NCBI GenBank assembly: GCA_050575255.1 | Contig: JBNZDD010013718.1 | Location: forward strand, 3,653,098-3,717,097 | From: Harriotta raleighana | Taxonomy: Eukaryota | DNA length: 64,000 bases | Direction of reading: 5' to 3' | Part shown: piece after piece, positions 48,454 to 61,502 of the stretch | How positions within the stretch are numbered: position 1 is the stretch's first letter | How the letters are laid out: each line of letters starts with the position of its first letter | The notes under the pieces: generated by a model | The model's input: the letters and a program-made list of their open reading frames with translations, nothing else | Told to the model about the DNA's origin: nothing | Database searches by the model: none | Translations under genes and position numbers: made by a program

Positions 48454-51400
48454 GTACAAGAATTCGCTGCATGATTTTTTAAAAATAATAAATTTCATGT
48501 TATTGAGTCACAGGAAAAACTGATCCAGGTCCGACTGCTTATCTGTTCTGATGCATGCAAATTCAGTTGAGTTGCTTTTGAGATGCAGTGAGAAGAAAAT
48601 GAGCTTAGGGTTTCTACTGAACAACGTCTGCACGTGAATGTCAAACAAGGACAGGATGATGCTTGGCTGTGACACCTCACTATTTCAATATCCCATTGAC
48701 ACTCACTGTCCAGGCTTAGACATGAAAAATAATCACTTGGGTAAAGAAATGGAAGGTCACCCTACTTCAAAATAGAGACTGCATTTAGAAGATGAGAGGC
48801 AAGCGGATAATTCAAAATTAGAAAACACTTTTGAAAAAGAAATGAAACATTCAATTTGAAGCATCTGTTGTTTTATAATTTTCTGCTCAGTTTTGAAAAT
48901 AATATTGAGTAATCATGGTTGAAATCCGACGTTTATTAAAATCTAAAACTTGCACATTATGTTTGCTTGATCAGCATCATTTTATATACACACTGAGTGC
49001 TGTTAGCGACATAGGGCCTGGATTCATATTTTCCATACTTTTAACAAGTCACAGTATTAGTTTTTACAGATGGAAATGGAGCCACAATGTCTAGATGAAG
49101 AGAATAGAGGCTGATGATCTTCCTTAAGTGCAGCAATCGCAATTTTATAACTAGCTTCCCAGGGGGCTTGTACAGTAGCGCAATCCTTCTGAATTTGCAC
49201 TTTGAGTTAAGAATGTCACAGGAAGTCAAAATTAAGTGGCCTGATACCCTTGCACCCTGTATCCTTGCTGTGCATCACTGGAGAAAGATACATCCCTGAA
49301 GACCTCTAAGGCAAAACACCAGTCAATAAAATAAGGATCCATGCAATATTGATTGCAACTATACTGACTTCGTACAGTGTTAGCAAGGGATTGAAGAGAG
49401 GTGAAATAACATCCAGATTTAATACTGCTGGCCACTAAGGATTTATATATGATACTATACAGCATATTTATTTCTTGTATAACACAAATAACACCCTTTG
49501 ACATCTTATCAGTAAGACATCACCATGACTATGCCAACCAGTATTTTTAATAATCATTTTTCTATTGATTATTAAAATAATTCATAACATAGATTTTGTT
49601 AAGGTATCTTGAATGTGCTGATAAATCCTTGTTAACTGTGCATGAATTCTCTCATGTTATATCTAAGTTGTGCGGAATGAAATTTTAAAAAATCCACATA
49701 CAAACTGAAGAATAATCCTGCAATTTCAGAATTTGGTAACAAAATGTAATCAAAGTACGACTGGACCACCAGGTGCAATACACATAAATATGTCTATCAA
49801 CTCTATTTAACTGCTAGTGAATACAGGCCACTCTTCCCCACTTCCAACACACTCATACTGATAATACATGTATTTGAGTAGAGCCATTGGGTGGATATCC
49901 CAAAGAGCTTTTTAGGATTAATGGCAGTCCAATTATACACAGCAATGTCCCACAATTTTTAGCAACTATAAAAATGGTTATTTAATTTTAATAAATGCTA
50001 ACCCAAGCATGTTACAGTGATGCCAGATACAGGGGAACATGCAAGGGAAAAAACTTGTTTTCCACTGTGAGGATTGCTCTTCTCCTTAAAGGCATGTCTG
50101 CATTAGTATCCGAACAGTCTCAGGTGAGCTAAAAGTATTCATTCAGAAAAAAATCATACCACTTTTCCCCTTGTTTTTACTTTAGGACACACTTTTGGTC
50201 TGCCAATGATGGCGTTTGTTTAGCTATCGGAATTGGTGCCACCAGTCACTCTTTTGCAGAGCAGGATCTGAATTACCAAATCAAATATGTATACAGCACT
50301 GCTCCATGCCCTTACTAGCAGGCTTAATGATAAGTCAGTTAATTGGTTATTTAAATTGGTGTTGATTAAAGTTTACGATTCATTATAAATTTGATTGATC
50401 AGCACAACCGTAAACTTAACAGCACTTTACCAGTTGAATATTTTAAACACTAATTAGACTATCCACACATCAGCTTCCTCCACACACACACTCACAGATT
50501 GATTCCATGTATTATTTCTTTCACTTTCAAATTTTGGTTGATCTGATTCTTCTCCTGCTAAAGTTTCATTTCTTTTTATAACTTTTTTTATTTGGCCGTA
50601 TCTCTTTACATAACTCAAATCTCATTTACATCTTGATACAAAAAGTTATATTAATTTCCTATTCTATCAAGTTATTTTGTTATTTTATATCCGTAATTAA
50701 TTACTGTACAATCAAATGGACAATGAGGTCAAAGTAGTACAAAAAACACTAACATTCATTCATTGAAATATTCACTCTTTGCCTGAAAAAAGAATCACAT
50801 TTGAGCAAAATACTATCATGTACATTTCCATATTTTAGTTGGTAAACTGAAACCCACAATAATGACCCAACAAAACAGATTTTTTTAGTGATCAGTTTAT
50901 GCTAAAGCCCAATAACTATGTACATTAAAATTCTACAGGTATTCTATTTTTGTACATGGAAACTGATTACTTTGAATTATTCATTACATACATGATAATG
51001 AGTTATTTTGGGACCTGAAATAACAATGATCATTTCAATATGGTATTAGTGGTATAAAATACACTATTAATTCATTGACCCTGAAGAACTATTGTGGTAT
51101 AAGCACGAGTTCTCTGTTGTTTAGAGGCTGGACTGTAAAATGTTCCCCGCCCCTTACTGTAAATGCCTTCCTAATTGACCATTCCCATAACTCTTGAAAG
51201 AAATAAAGATTACTAATTGACAACTAATATTGGAATACTTAAATGCTATTATATTAATGTAGGGGAAGTACAGGATCTATGAATCATTCCTAATAATATA
51301 AATATTTATTTTACATCTATGGCTTAGTTTAAGGCTACTCACTGATGCAGCAGTTTTAATATATAGCAAATAATATTTGATTAAAACTACTAAATATTAT

Positions 51401-52019
51401 TGTCGCAAAACTGTGCCTTGCTGTATTAAATGACTTAAACTGACCTAAAAAAATAAAATAAAAACAAGTTTTCTGGTGTTAGTGTGAAGTGGAAGCTCAA
51501 GTCAAAACAAAGTTTTTCATACGAAATATAATACGCCTTTATATTGTTTTTTCTGACAAGGTCAGATCCATATAAAAATAAACAATTAATTCAGAATAAT
51601 TTAAAGCACATTGCAATATTAATTTACAATACAACTTGATAAATTAATACCTCTATGATAGTTAGTTACTTTCCTTTTCAGGACCTCCCTATTATATTCT
51701 TCTCTAGGAAGCCAAAATTATCTTTTTATTTATTTAGATACAAAATTATATACAAATGTCTATGGACACAATGTTGTCCACCCAGGTATCCCTCAGATAT
51801 GTCATTTTATAATGTTCCCATTTTTGTGGGGTGGGGGATGTAATTTTTAATTGGATTGTAATCCATTGCATCTTGCAGTTGGATTTCGTCTCTCAACTTC
51901 AAGATAGTTTTTCCAATGAGAGCATTTTTAATAAAGACATTTTGTAAGGAAACTTAATGCAGGAATAGAGGAAGCTGCTCACTCTGCTCAACTGTTCTAC
52001 TCCATCATCCAGGTTCTGT

Positions 52020-52432
52020 TTCAAAGCCCAATCTAACCATATGTCCCCTTTAACCTCTCTTATCGTGTTTAATTTTATATGTAAATCTCTCAAAAACAGG
52101 TTATGCGTAACATTTGCTCTTCCCATGTCCTGGAGGGGGTATTGGCTTTACTTTTCCAATTACAGGGGAATATCTTTCCGAGCCACTAAGAGTCCCATGA
52201 GGATGAGCGAAGCCTTTTGGACTGGACCACGGGGGAAAACCAGATCACTTGGAATGCTCAGTTCAGGCTTCATAAGAATTCTTATGTCAAAAACTGTACT
52301 CAAAATGTCCTCACCTTTGACCAGACGATATATATATACACATATCTATAGATACATCTATATATCTGTCAAGATGAAGAAAAATTCCACATTCTTCGAA
52401 GTCCAACTCGTTCCCAATCCTATTTGCAACGG
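52020..52432 (-). mobile_element. Fish-type L1 ORF2 C-terminal fossil
   Basis: Minus-strand peptides across frameshifts: RCK (Zn-knuckle remnant), ILMGLLVARKDIPL, NWKSKANTPSRTWEEQML, KLNTIREVKGDIW (cf. ARKxILxxWKSxxPPxxxxW). Confidence 0.6.
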
Positions 52433-52574
52433 GTTACTAATTATATGATTTTAAAAATATTTAATGTGCTGAATAATTCTGACAAACATTTTATTTAGTT
52501 GATTTTGATGGCACCCAACCATGAAGAATTTGAAGTGGTTATCTATCTTGTTTCCTATATTCAATCATAAAGTT

Positions 52575-52740
52575 TCAAGACTGCATGCAGTCCTGGTCAC
52601 CGTGATATAAAGGGGCTTTCTGAGGTTTAGATTGAATGCAGAAGAAAGCAATCAAGATGATCCTTAGTATTAGAGGAATCATCTTTTGAGCAACTGTTTG
52701 GCGAAATAGGGCTCTTCAATCTTGAAAGAAGACATGAATG
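52575..52740 (+). mobile_element. CR1 ORF2 fragment
   Basis: Encodes CMQSWSP*YK...MQKKAIKMILSIRG...IGLFNLERR. Confidence 0.75.
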
Positions 52741-54357
52741 TGAGAATGGTTTCACCCACAGCCAATCAACATTCAATGGAAGCCTTACTTTTTAGCGTTC
52801 ACCAAAATCTCTTGGTCACAAGTTACCATGTTTAGAAATTCTTCATAATACATTCAGCAACGTTTGCTAACCAGGAGGTTGAAGCACAGTGTAATCAAAG
52901 ACTCATTCACTGCAATGTATAAGAATGGAAAATCTACCCATGACATTTTGCAAGATACATTTGGCAGGTCAGTGTTTTAAATTGTCTCTCAAGCTGTGAT
53001 GTGAATTAGCACAATCATCAGCCAGTGTCCTTAAAACAAGTAACTCTTAAGAAATGGATCTGAATGCGCTCATCTGCAGTGTGAAGATGGAGCAATCTCA
53101 AATATAATTACTGAAAGGATGTTATAATTAGTTCAGTGGTAGTGTTAACCCCTTTGATGATAATTTACAGAAGCATTAATACTATCTTGAAGGTGTAGCA
53201 GTTTTAGCTTAATGAGTAGCTGATTTTGGTCAATAATTCATTTAAACTGACATAGGAAGTGAAATATGGGTTACATCAGCAATGGAGGCCGTGCAATAAA
53301 CTTTCCAACGTATAACTAAGGAAAACCACACGTGGTATTGCCCAATGCCGGCTTCTGGGAAGCACACTGAAATTGGAACAACGTGTGAGGATGCATCTTT
53401 GAACATGTGCCTTCCATTCTTGTTAAACACCTGAAGGAGCCGATTGAGTAGGGTTACAGTAACAAGTGTGATAATTGGGCTGTAGAGCCCAGATATCTTG
53501 GAAGCAGTGGGGCAATGGCAAAGTTGTAAAGGGAGATTTGATGGAAGAAAATGACACCCCAAGTAATCTGTACACCGCAGTGTGAAGACGTTTATGCCAC
53601 ATCGAGTTACATGGATGAATATGTGAGCCTCAATCCTTGTGTCCTTTTGGCACAATTTCAACTTGCTGCTGGCATTTCGGCATCAGAGCTCAGTGCAGGA
53701 GGGAGTGAATGGTCACGCAACCTGCTGATAGTTAAATGGGGCTATTCACCCCCTCTATAATGAGCAGTTAATCCCTCAAAAACAGCTTACAATTTCTTTG
53801 CAATCTACGCCACGTGGGGCACAGCATTATACTTACTGGTGCGATTTGATGTTTTGCTGCTACAAATGGAAAGAGCATTGGCGCACCAAGGCTATTCTAC
53901 TTCTGAGGTGATCTGAGGTTTGTCACATGTCTTCACAAACTGGCAGAGCACTATTGTAGATCGAGAGCTGTAAACATTATAGTCATTTTTGATGTCCAGC
54001 TGGACGCTAATTCCAGCACACTTTTTCATGAGATCAACAGATGTGGCACTGGGACATCTTCCTCTTTGTTGTCCTCCTTAATTCTGGATTTATCCTGGGC
54101 TAAAATACTGGGACTTTTTTTTACATTGATATAGTGTATGTATTTCACAATGGGTGGATGTCTCAAAGTGTTTCATACAGCTGAACTGGGAGTCTGTTAC
54201 CTATTCCTAGCCTAGAAGGTGGATGGACAGGTGAACAGTCTCCCACCACTACTGGTCTGAAATTAGTTGTAATGGTATTGATCACCGATAACTATTCCTC
54301 CCTTCCACCCTCCTTTGTGGAGAGAATATCTCTGGCCTACAGTAAACCTTGCTCACA

Positions 54358-54610
54358 TTACAACAACAACAAGATTGCATTTATAGAGCGCGTTTCACGT
54401 CGGGAGGACATCCCATTAGCAGAATTACATAGTATCTACAGGACCATAACAAGCCAATTGATCCAACCAATCTGTGCACCTATTCATATTCCACTTCGGC
54501 CTCCTAGTATTGTCATCTCTTCGCCATCTATTCCCATCTCCTATGTCTAGTTTCCTCTTAATGCTTTCTTCTTCAACCAAAGCTTCAACCAGTCAGTTCC
54601 ACATTCAGAA
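54358..54610 (-). mobile_element. L2-type stub (54358-54415) adjacent to a CR1 3' end (54420-54610)
   Basis: (CAA)n...gcgcgtttcacgtcgggaggacatccc, then a CR1-type tail and atgtctagtttcctcttaa (LKRKLD-like on the minus strand). Confidence 0.7.
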
Positions 54611-56429
54611 GTTGTGTGGAATTGGCATTTCCAGATAGTCCTGCTCATAGACATGTCAATGCAATCTAATAATTTTCGACACTACATACTGTAGCCAACC
54701 ACCCTGATAGCAAAAAAGCATGTCAATTCCAGTTGACCATTACCTTCTGATTGTAATAATTTATAATACTTTTATGCGGTCTACAAAGATTTTATAAATG
54801 AAAACATAGCAGCTTGAATAGTTTTTCTGCCTTCTGGCCTTGTTAACTTTCAGGGCAAAAAAGGACAGAACAACAACTAAAAAATTACACTTATACAGCG
54901 CCTTTCAAGTCAGGAGGATGTCACAAGGTGCTGAAAGCACATCTTACAACTGTTTCAGTTTTTGAAGGGACAGCAAGATTTTAGAGTTCAAAAAAGTTTA
55001 TTGAAACCCAAATTGAATGAAATCCCTGTTATGAATAGTTCTGTTTAAGAATATAGTAATATATATATATATATAGACAACGTGTTGGTGTGGGGTCAAC
55101 ACTGACAGGAATTATGTTTCCAAGCTGGTGGAAACAGATATTTTACTCTTACAGTTGTGCTGTATAACCTTGACAGTGGGGTTAAAAATAACTTGCCATG
55201 GAAGTGGTTTCTATCCAATGAGCAAAATGAGTTCCTTTTAGTAAATAAGAATTAAAATATATAAAATTTCAAATAATCATTGACATGGCAATAAAGATAG
55301 GATAGACACACGATTACAATAATTGGCATTTGATCTAAATTTGGAGTATGGGATGAGATTTTGTTTATATATATGCGTGTATGCTATTTCTAATTTGTTC
55401 CATGCCACATGTAAGCTTAAGAGCTGGAACTTGAAGGCTTGAAAATACTGCTTTATTTTCTACATTACCTCTAACTTTATTCCCATCCAATTCTATGGAT
55501 GCTGCACCAAGCATCATTTCTTATGGTGATGTCATCCCAGGCTTGTGTGGTGTGTAAATTGGAGGAGGACACACAGGTAACTTGACTACTGCTGCCCTCT
55601 TGCACAGTGAATTACACCTCAATGTCATTCATACACTGTCAATTTCTGGACAACGCCCGAGCCTCAGCAATAAAGATTCCGATTAACACATCTTGATTGA
55701 CAACCAGTTGATGTCTTATAGAGGTCAAGAAGCTTATTTCCTGCGTGCTAAGGTGCTAAACTGTGATAATTGCATTTTGCAATGATTATTTCACTAAACT
55801 TCACCCAGAATAGGCAACACAAACTTCTCAGAAAAAAAGTACAATGTTTCCAATATGTTCCAAAATTCTTTGCTTTATGGAAACAGTTTTCCCGTGAAAA
55901 GGTTTGAATGGCTGACACACAGAAAACTCCTCCCTCACCCAAGACGTTTCCAAAATCATCAACAAGAACAATTTGAAGGAGCTAAAGGTGAACTGGAAGC
56001 AGATATACAAAGCAAAACATTGTGTGCTTGAGTTTCATGGAAAAAGAGCCCTTTAAGAAGTTAGACTTTACTGGTTATCCTAGACTGGTCATTTGCAAGC
56101 ACGTTTGTCACCCAGGTAACATATGTCTAAAGATAACTGCTCACTGCTTTCAAATTGATAAAAATACTTAGTGAATTATAAATGCAAATTTTCTTATGGA
56201 TACAATGGTAATAATGCCAGTTGAGGCTACTAGGATTATTCTCATGTTTGATACAGCAAAGTTCCCCCAGATGAAGCTTGTTTGCAGCAGTACAGGAATC
56301 ATCTATTTCTTTTTAGTGTCCACCATCTTCTTATTTGAATTAATATTTTCTATAATTGTTTTTCACTTTTGCTGCAGTGAAAATTAATTGTGGATGTTAA
56401 AATCAACTGTACATGAACAATTACCAAGA

Positions 56430-56950
56430 TTTCAGGTTTGATTCCAGGCAGGGCAAAACCTTGGGCAGGTTTCGTTACTCCACACTCCTGATAATAGTTC
56501 CTCAAAATAATAAATTGGTCACTTCAATCAACGATTGTTTGTGGGACACTGTTGTGCACAATTTGCTGCTACATTTCATTCACAAATATACAGTCAATTC
56601 ACTTTACAATATATTCTCTGAAGCGCCTTGAGGCATCTAGAAAAATGTGAAAAGCGGTATAGCATATTTCACATCGGAAGGACATCTCAAAGCAATTGTC
56701 ATGATTCGTTGTGAAGTGTAGTGACCGTATATTCTGTAGATAGACATGCCAGCCAATTTGCGCACAGCCTTAACATGAATGACCAATTTTATACTGAGAA
56801 TTGTTAGAGATGTACTCTAACAATGAAGTACATCCCAGCACTGTATTGGGAATGTCAGCCTAGATTGAGTTCAAAGTCCTAACATGATGTTTGCACCAGC
56901 AACCTTCCCACTCAGATACAAGACTGCGACTGATTGAGTCAATATGACAC
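56430..56950. mobile_element. SINE cluster: tRNA-SINE (+, 56430-56662), tail fragment (-), Deu-SINE head (-, 56830-56950)
   Basis: ggtttgattccaggcagggcaaaaccttgggcagg body; ttcacatcggaaggacatctcaaagc; tgtcagcctagattg...gactgattgagtc. Confidence 0.8.
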
Positions 56951-57879
56951 CTATCCCAAGTATGATAAACATTCTCTCCTTTCACAAATAGATATTCCTC
57001 CCGCTTGTCCACCAGTACTAAATTGTTGACTAGAAAATGGAACACTTCATTCTCAAAGAATATGACAAATCTTACCATGAAATGCAACCTTCAAGAAGAC
57101 ATTTTATCAACCTGTGTACTCAGAATTGATTGAATAGAATTATATGGTTTGAAATGTTACTAATATTGATTTCTGTTTCAGTTTCCACAAGGAGCCAAAA
57201 AAACAGGAAATAATTGATGTTAGATTGTATGTGTAGCAGATTTAGTAGGTTTCCTGTCTATGGGGTGATGTAGGCTCTAAAACATCCATAAAACTAGTAG
57301 CACCTGATTGTGTCACTAACAGCTGATCAAGATCTAGAACAGTATACTATTTGGTGAGAGGGGTAATGGAACTCATAAACTGTTTAAAGTTCCATCCAAG
57401 CACTTAGTGTTGCCATGTTATTAAGCTCTCTGAGACACCGTCCAGCGTGGAGGGCGCTTTATAAATCGAAGTTGTTGTTCTTGTTATTAAAATTCTGGAG
57501 ATTACATTATTTACATGCAAAGCATATAATGTGTTCTCGTGCAATTTTCACCTCAGTATATCCTCCTCAAACTAATTGCATAAAACAAATCTGGTCTTTT
57601 TATCGACTGTTCATTATTTCTCTCCATTGACCCAAGACTCACTCTCTCTCTGTTTTTCTCTCTGAGTTGCCTTATTAATCAACCAAGTTGAAAATTGAGA
57701 AACCCATCACAACCGAGTCTAGGAGACACCCACAAAATGCCCAGATATTTTTAATTTTCTTGGAAGAACTAAAGAAAAAACCTCTCATTCTCTTTATGTC
57801 AGGCATTTGCAGACCCAAATAATTCTGTTTTCTTGATCAGTTTCAGGGTGGTCGAAATAGGATGAAACGTTGGCTAATG

Positions 57880-58560
57880 TGGAAAGCTGCATTTTAGAGT
57901 GTCCTTAATGGTAAGTGGGTGGATGTGGGAATTTAGGCACACCTGCACATCGCAGGCGGCCAGCACGCAGTCTGTTTTCATTCCAGTTCTGTCATGCTTG
58001 TTCTGACGCTCTTATTGGCTTTGAATGCACTAGTCTATTCACTGCCAACTCAACCCCCATAACTTCTTTATTCGTCTGCTGTTAACACGCTGACAGCCAT
58101 TTGTTAATCAGTACTGGTTTAAAAATCTTATCCAGAATGTTTGGACATTTTGCAATGTAGTACGGTCAGTCAGCTATCATTTGTAGCCTTTCAAGCAGTA
58201 ATCTGGGCATGGAGGCTGCTACAGTGATGGGTGTAGAGTAAGTTGTTTTACTGTTGAAATTGAAAGCACTCTGTCATCATTCACAGCGTAACACTGATTG
58301 ATGAGATGTTGAATAGGTATTGGTTTTGGTTAAACATGACAAAGTGAAAGATTTACGGGCAGTGGTTGAAGAGGTTTAGAAAGGTCTGGTAACGGTTCAG
58401 TGCCCTGTTCTGGCAGAAATGACCTCTGACTCTTTGAGAAAAGACGAGACGGTAAAATATACCAGCTGCTGTTTGAATTTATCGATTAAAACACATCCAG
58501 CGTTTTGTCAGAGATTTTTTTTGAGAAGTGTGACAGTGATGTTTAATTATGAAAGATGAA
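57880..58560. promoter_or_regulatory. Candidate CNE block
   Basis: TE-free; retained CpGs; multiple TGACAG/CTGTCA (Meis), TGATTGAT (Pbx), ATCGAT and ATTGG motifs. Confidence 0.35.
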
Positions 58561-60344
58561 ACTTGGCCAAAACAAATGAAAGTTTTCAATAGAAAACTAG
58601 GATCCGAAAATTGAACATTGGCCTTATTATTCCAACAAATCACATACCACCAAGACCTGGGCTGAACTTGTGCTGTTGTTTCTCAAATTGAAACTGTGAC
58701 AAAAGAGATGTAATGTAAAGAGAGATCACTTTAGTTAAGAATTAAGGATTTGCAAATATCCTGACGAAGGAAATATTGGTTGTGGTGACTTTTCAGGGCT
58801 ATTTTATTTATAAATCTCAGTTCTGTAATGGCATCACCCACAAATGGTAATGTTGATATTATCTGTGCGTAACATTATCTGTGCGATTATGGAGTGAAAA
58901 TATATGTTTCCTAACTAGCCCATTTGCCGAGTTATCAAATTGTGCTTCAAACCATTAAGACAGTGACACTCTACCTATTCAAAAAATATATCAATTTCAG
59001 CCCTGCCAATATTCTGTTAAGAAACATTATATTTTTCAATAGATTCATATGTATTGTTGCTGGATGATCTGAACCTCAATGCTGAAAATCACTTCTCGAA
59101 GCCTTGGAATGTCAAACAAGACGATACAGCTGCTGTTTAGCTGACAGATAAAGACCCCATAGTTCTCTTTGGAGTATCCTGAGCAAAAGCAAAACTATTT
59201 GTGAGACCTTACTTCAGCATTCTGTTAATCAAAATGAACTTTATCTACTGGTGAATCTTCAAGTGCCATGCAACAGTTAGAACACCCAGCAGGTGTGTAC
59301 ATGCACTGCATTACTGGATTACTTCATGGTTGTTTGCACATGGACTGCTGTATTAAATACACATTACTGGAGCTATATCAAATGCAAGGATTATTATTAT
59401 TATTATTGGCGGAGCTGAAATGGGAACCAAAAAGGTCTGGTGACAGAATCTTAACATTAAGTGCAGTTGGGTTTGAAGTACATTCTGTAACTATTGAGCT
59501 CATTTGTGCATTTCTATATGATGAAATTCAACAATTGTATTAATTGCAGTGACTGGTACTCATAAAATAAACTGTGGAAGAACAATAATATAATTATAGC
59601 TATAACTGACCTTTAAAAGCATCTCTCCTTTTATATAGAAATGTTTCATTTTCACGTCAACTATATACCATGATGGTACTTACGTGCTAATCAAAGTGGT
59701 GTAAATCCATCTTAATAACTTTATAAATTGTGCATTCATAATTAGCTTGTTTTTAAAGTGCAATTAAAGTAATCTGTGAATCTCTATAATGGATGTAATT
59801 ACTGTACAAACAAATTGATATATACAAACACTGTGAACACATTTGCGCAACTGGTTTGGAATCACTTACTGATGGAACCAATAAAGAGGAGTAAAGTTAA
59901 CCTTTGAAAACTTGAATGGTATCTTTTAAGTAGCAAGAATGTGAGTTCAGCTGTTAGTAACCTTCAAATACGTTGATTTGTAAGACGCTTACATGTTTTT
60001 CTATACTGAGCTTCTCTGGAAGAAATCATCTTGTGATCACAAGCATGACAATTGAATGCTGAATCTCTCTCCCAGATCCATTGTTATCTTTTATAGATGT
60101 GCATTAGTATTTTTTTTATTTTCAGTTTAGTTCATTTAGCCTGTGAGGTTGCCCGTGAGGTTAGTTTAAAAGGTTAGTTAAATGTTAATGGATGTTAATG
60201 TTGCAATTAAATTGTTAAATCAATTGAAAGCTGCAGACCTACCCTCCTCGGCTGGAGTTGAACGCTTACGCTATACTGGTTCATGAATTAAAAGCAGAGA
60301 ATCTAGGAGAGTCTAATTAGAAACTAAACTCCCATTCATCTTAT

Positions 60345-60482
60345 TTGTGTTTTTTAGAGTGTTATTTGGAAAGACAAAGATTTGCTAGGGCTAGACTAGC
60401 TAAGACATGCAAAACTACTTTCAAGATCAGCTCGTAAACAGAACCAAATGGCTTGTTTCTCTGTTGTAGCATTTTATGTAAT
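60345..60482 (+). mobile_element. Diverged CR1 3' end
   Basis: agaaccaaatggcttgtttctctgttgtagcattttatg resembles the CR1 tail at 1470-1510. Confidence 0.5.
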
Positions 60483-61354
60483 TATAACCAACAATTTTGA
60501 AAGATTAATAACAGAATTTACAGTAGTTACATAGCACATTATAATATTATTATTATAGAGATGGGCTATTCAGCCCAACTCGTCACAATTCCTTCTATTC
60601 CCTCCTCCCTCATATTTGAAGGGTACCACTGATGGACAATCCTTGCTTTAATGTTTCAGTGTTACGCTATTGTGCGCTTTTGAGAAATGTTTCACTGGAA
60701 ATGTGATAGTAAACAAAGCAAAACTAGGGAATTCTAAAGAGAATTGTGATTGTGAGGTGTGAACCCTGGCATTTGCTTTTGACTGTGTGTGCATAGCTAT
60801 GGAGTTATATACTTTATCCCTCTCACACCCCACATTCCAGGTGGGATTGAAAATGGTTTGTTTAAAAAATTGAAGCTTGGAGGCAGTACATTTTAGTTTA
60901 GTGATAAGTACAATTATTAAAAGTAGCAGCTTTTAAACACAATTGCATATTGTTATAGTGTTTGTATAATATAATATAATATTGTGCATCTATAAATAAT
61001 AATAGGATCAAATTTGTGATAATCAGCTGTCAGTTTTCTTGTGGTGATTTTCAGACTTTGCTGTCTTTGTGTTCACCACTTGACGGTATGACTTGGCTGT
61101 TGCAGATGTTTCCAACCTGAAGGTGTGAACCAAAAATTTCAATTAGTAAAGTATTGCAAACCCCAAGAATGGCTTAAGGTAAATTACATTGAATTGATGC
61201 ATCCAATGGCCTTGTATTTAAAAAAAATTAAAATAAATAGAGATGCAAAATTCAATTCCTTTGCCTTGTAATATCTGCCAGTCATTTCTTAGTTCTTACC
61301 AAAAGTGGTTCGAGCTGCTTTTCAATGGTGCTGGTTGCTACTTACTTTTCTCAG

Positions 61355-61502
61355 TAAGAAATTGGTGATTCACTTCATCGCTGTTTGTGGGACTTTGCTC
61401 AGCATACATTGGCTACTGCATTTGCCTACAAAATACAGTCACACCACACGTAATGAGCTTCCGACATGCAAGATGCTACATCAAACATAAGGATTATTAT
61501 TA
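61355..61502 (+). mobile_element. SINE 3' fragment
   Basis: gctgtttgtgggactttgct...attggctactgcatttgcctaca...gctacatcaaacataaggattattatt. Confidence 0.8.

Noticed and set aside
53242-53661. Longest ORF in the window (139 aa)
   Set aside because: No recognisable family motif or clear splice context; the length is compatible with chance or old TE sequence.
5600-59620. Window-wide enrichment of TNAAGGTCA sites as evidence for gene identity
   Set aside because: I noticed about four sites, against a rough chance expectation of two to three in 64 kb. That is not significant, so no gene symbol is assigned.
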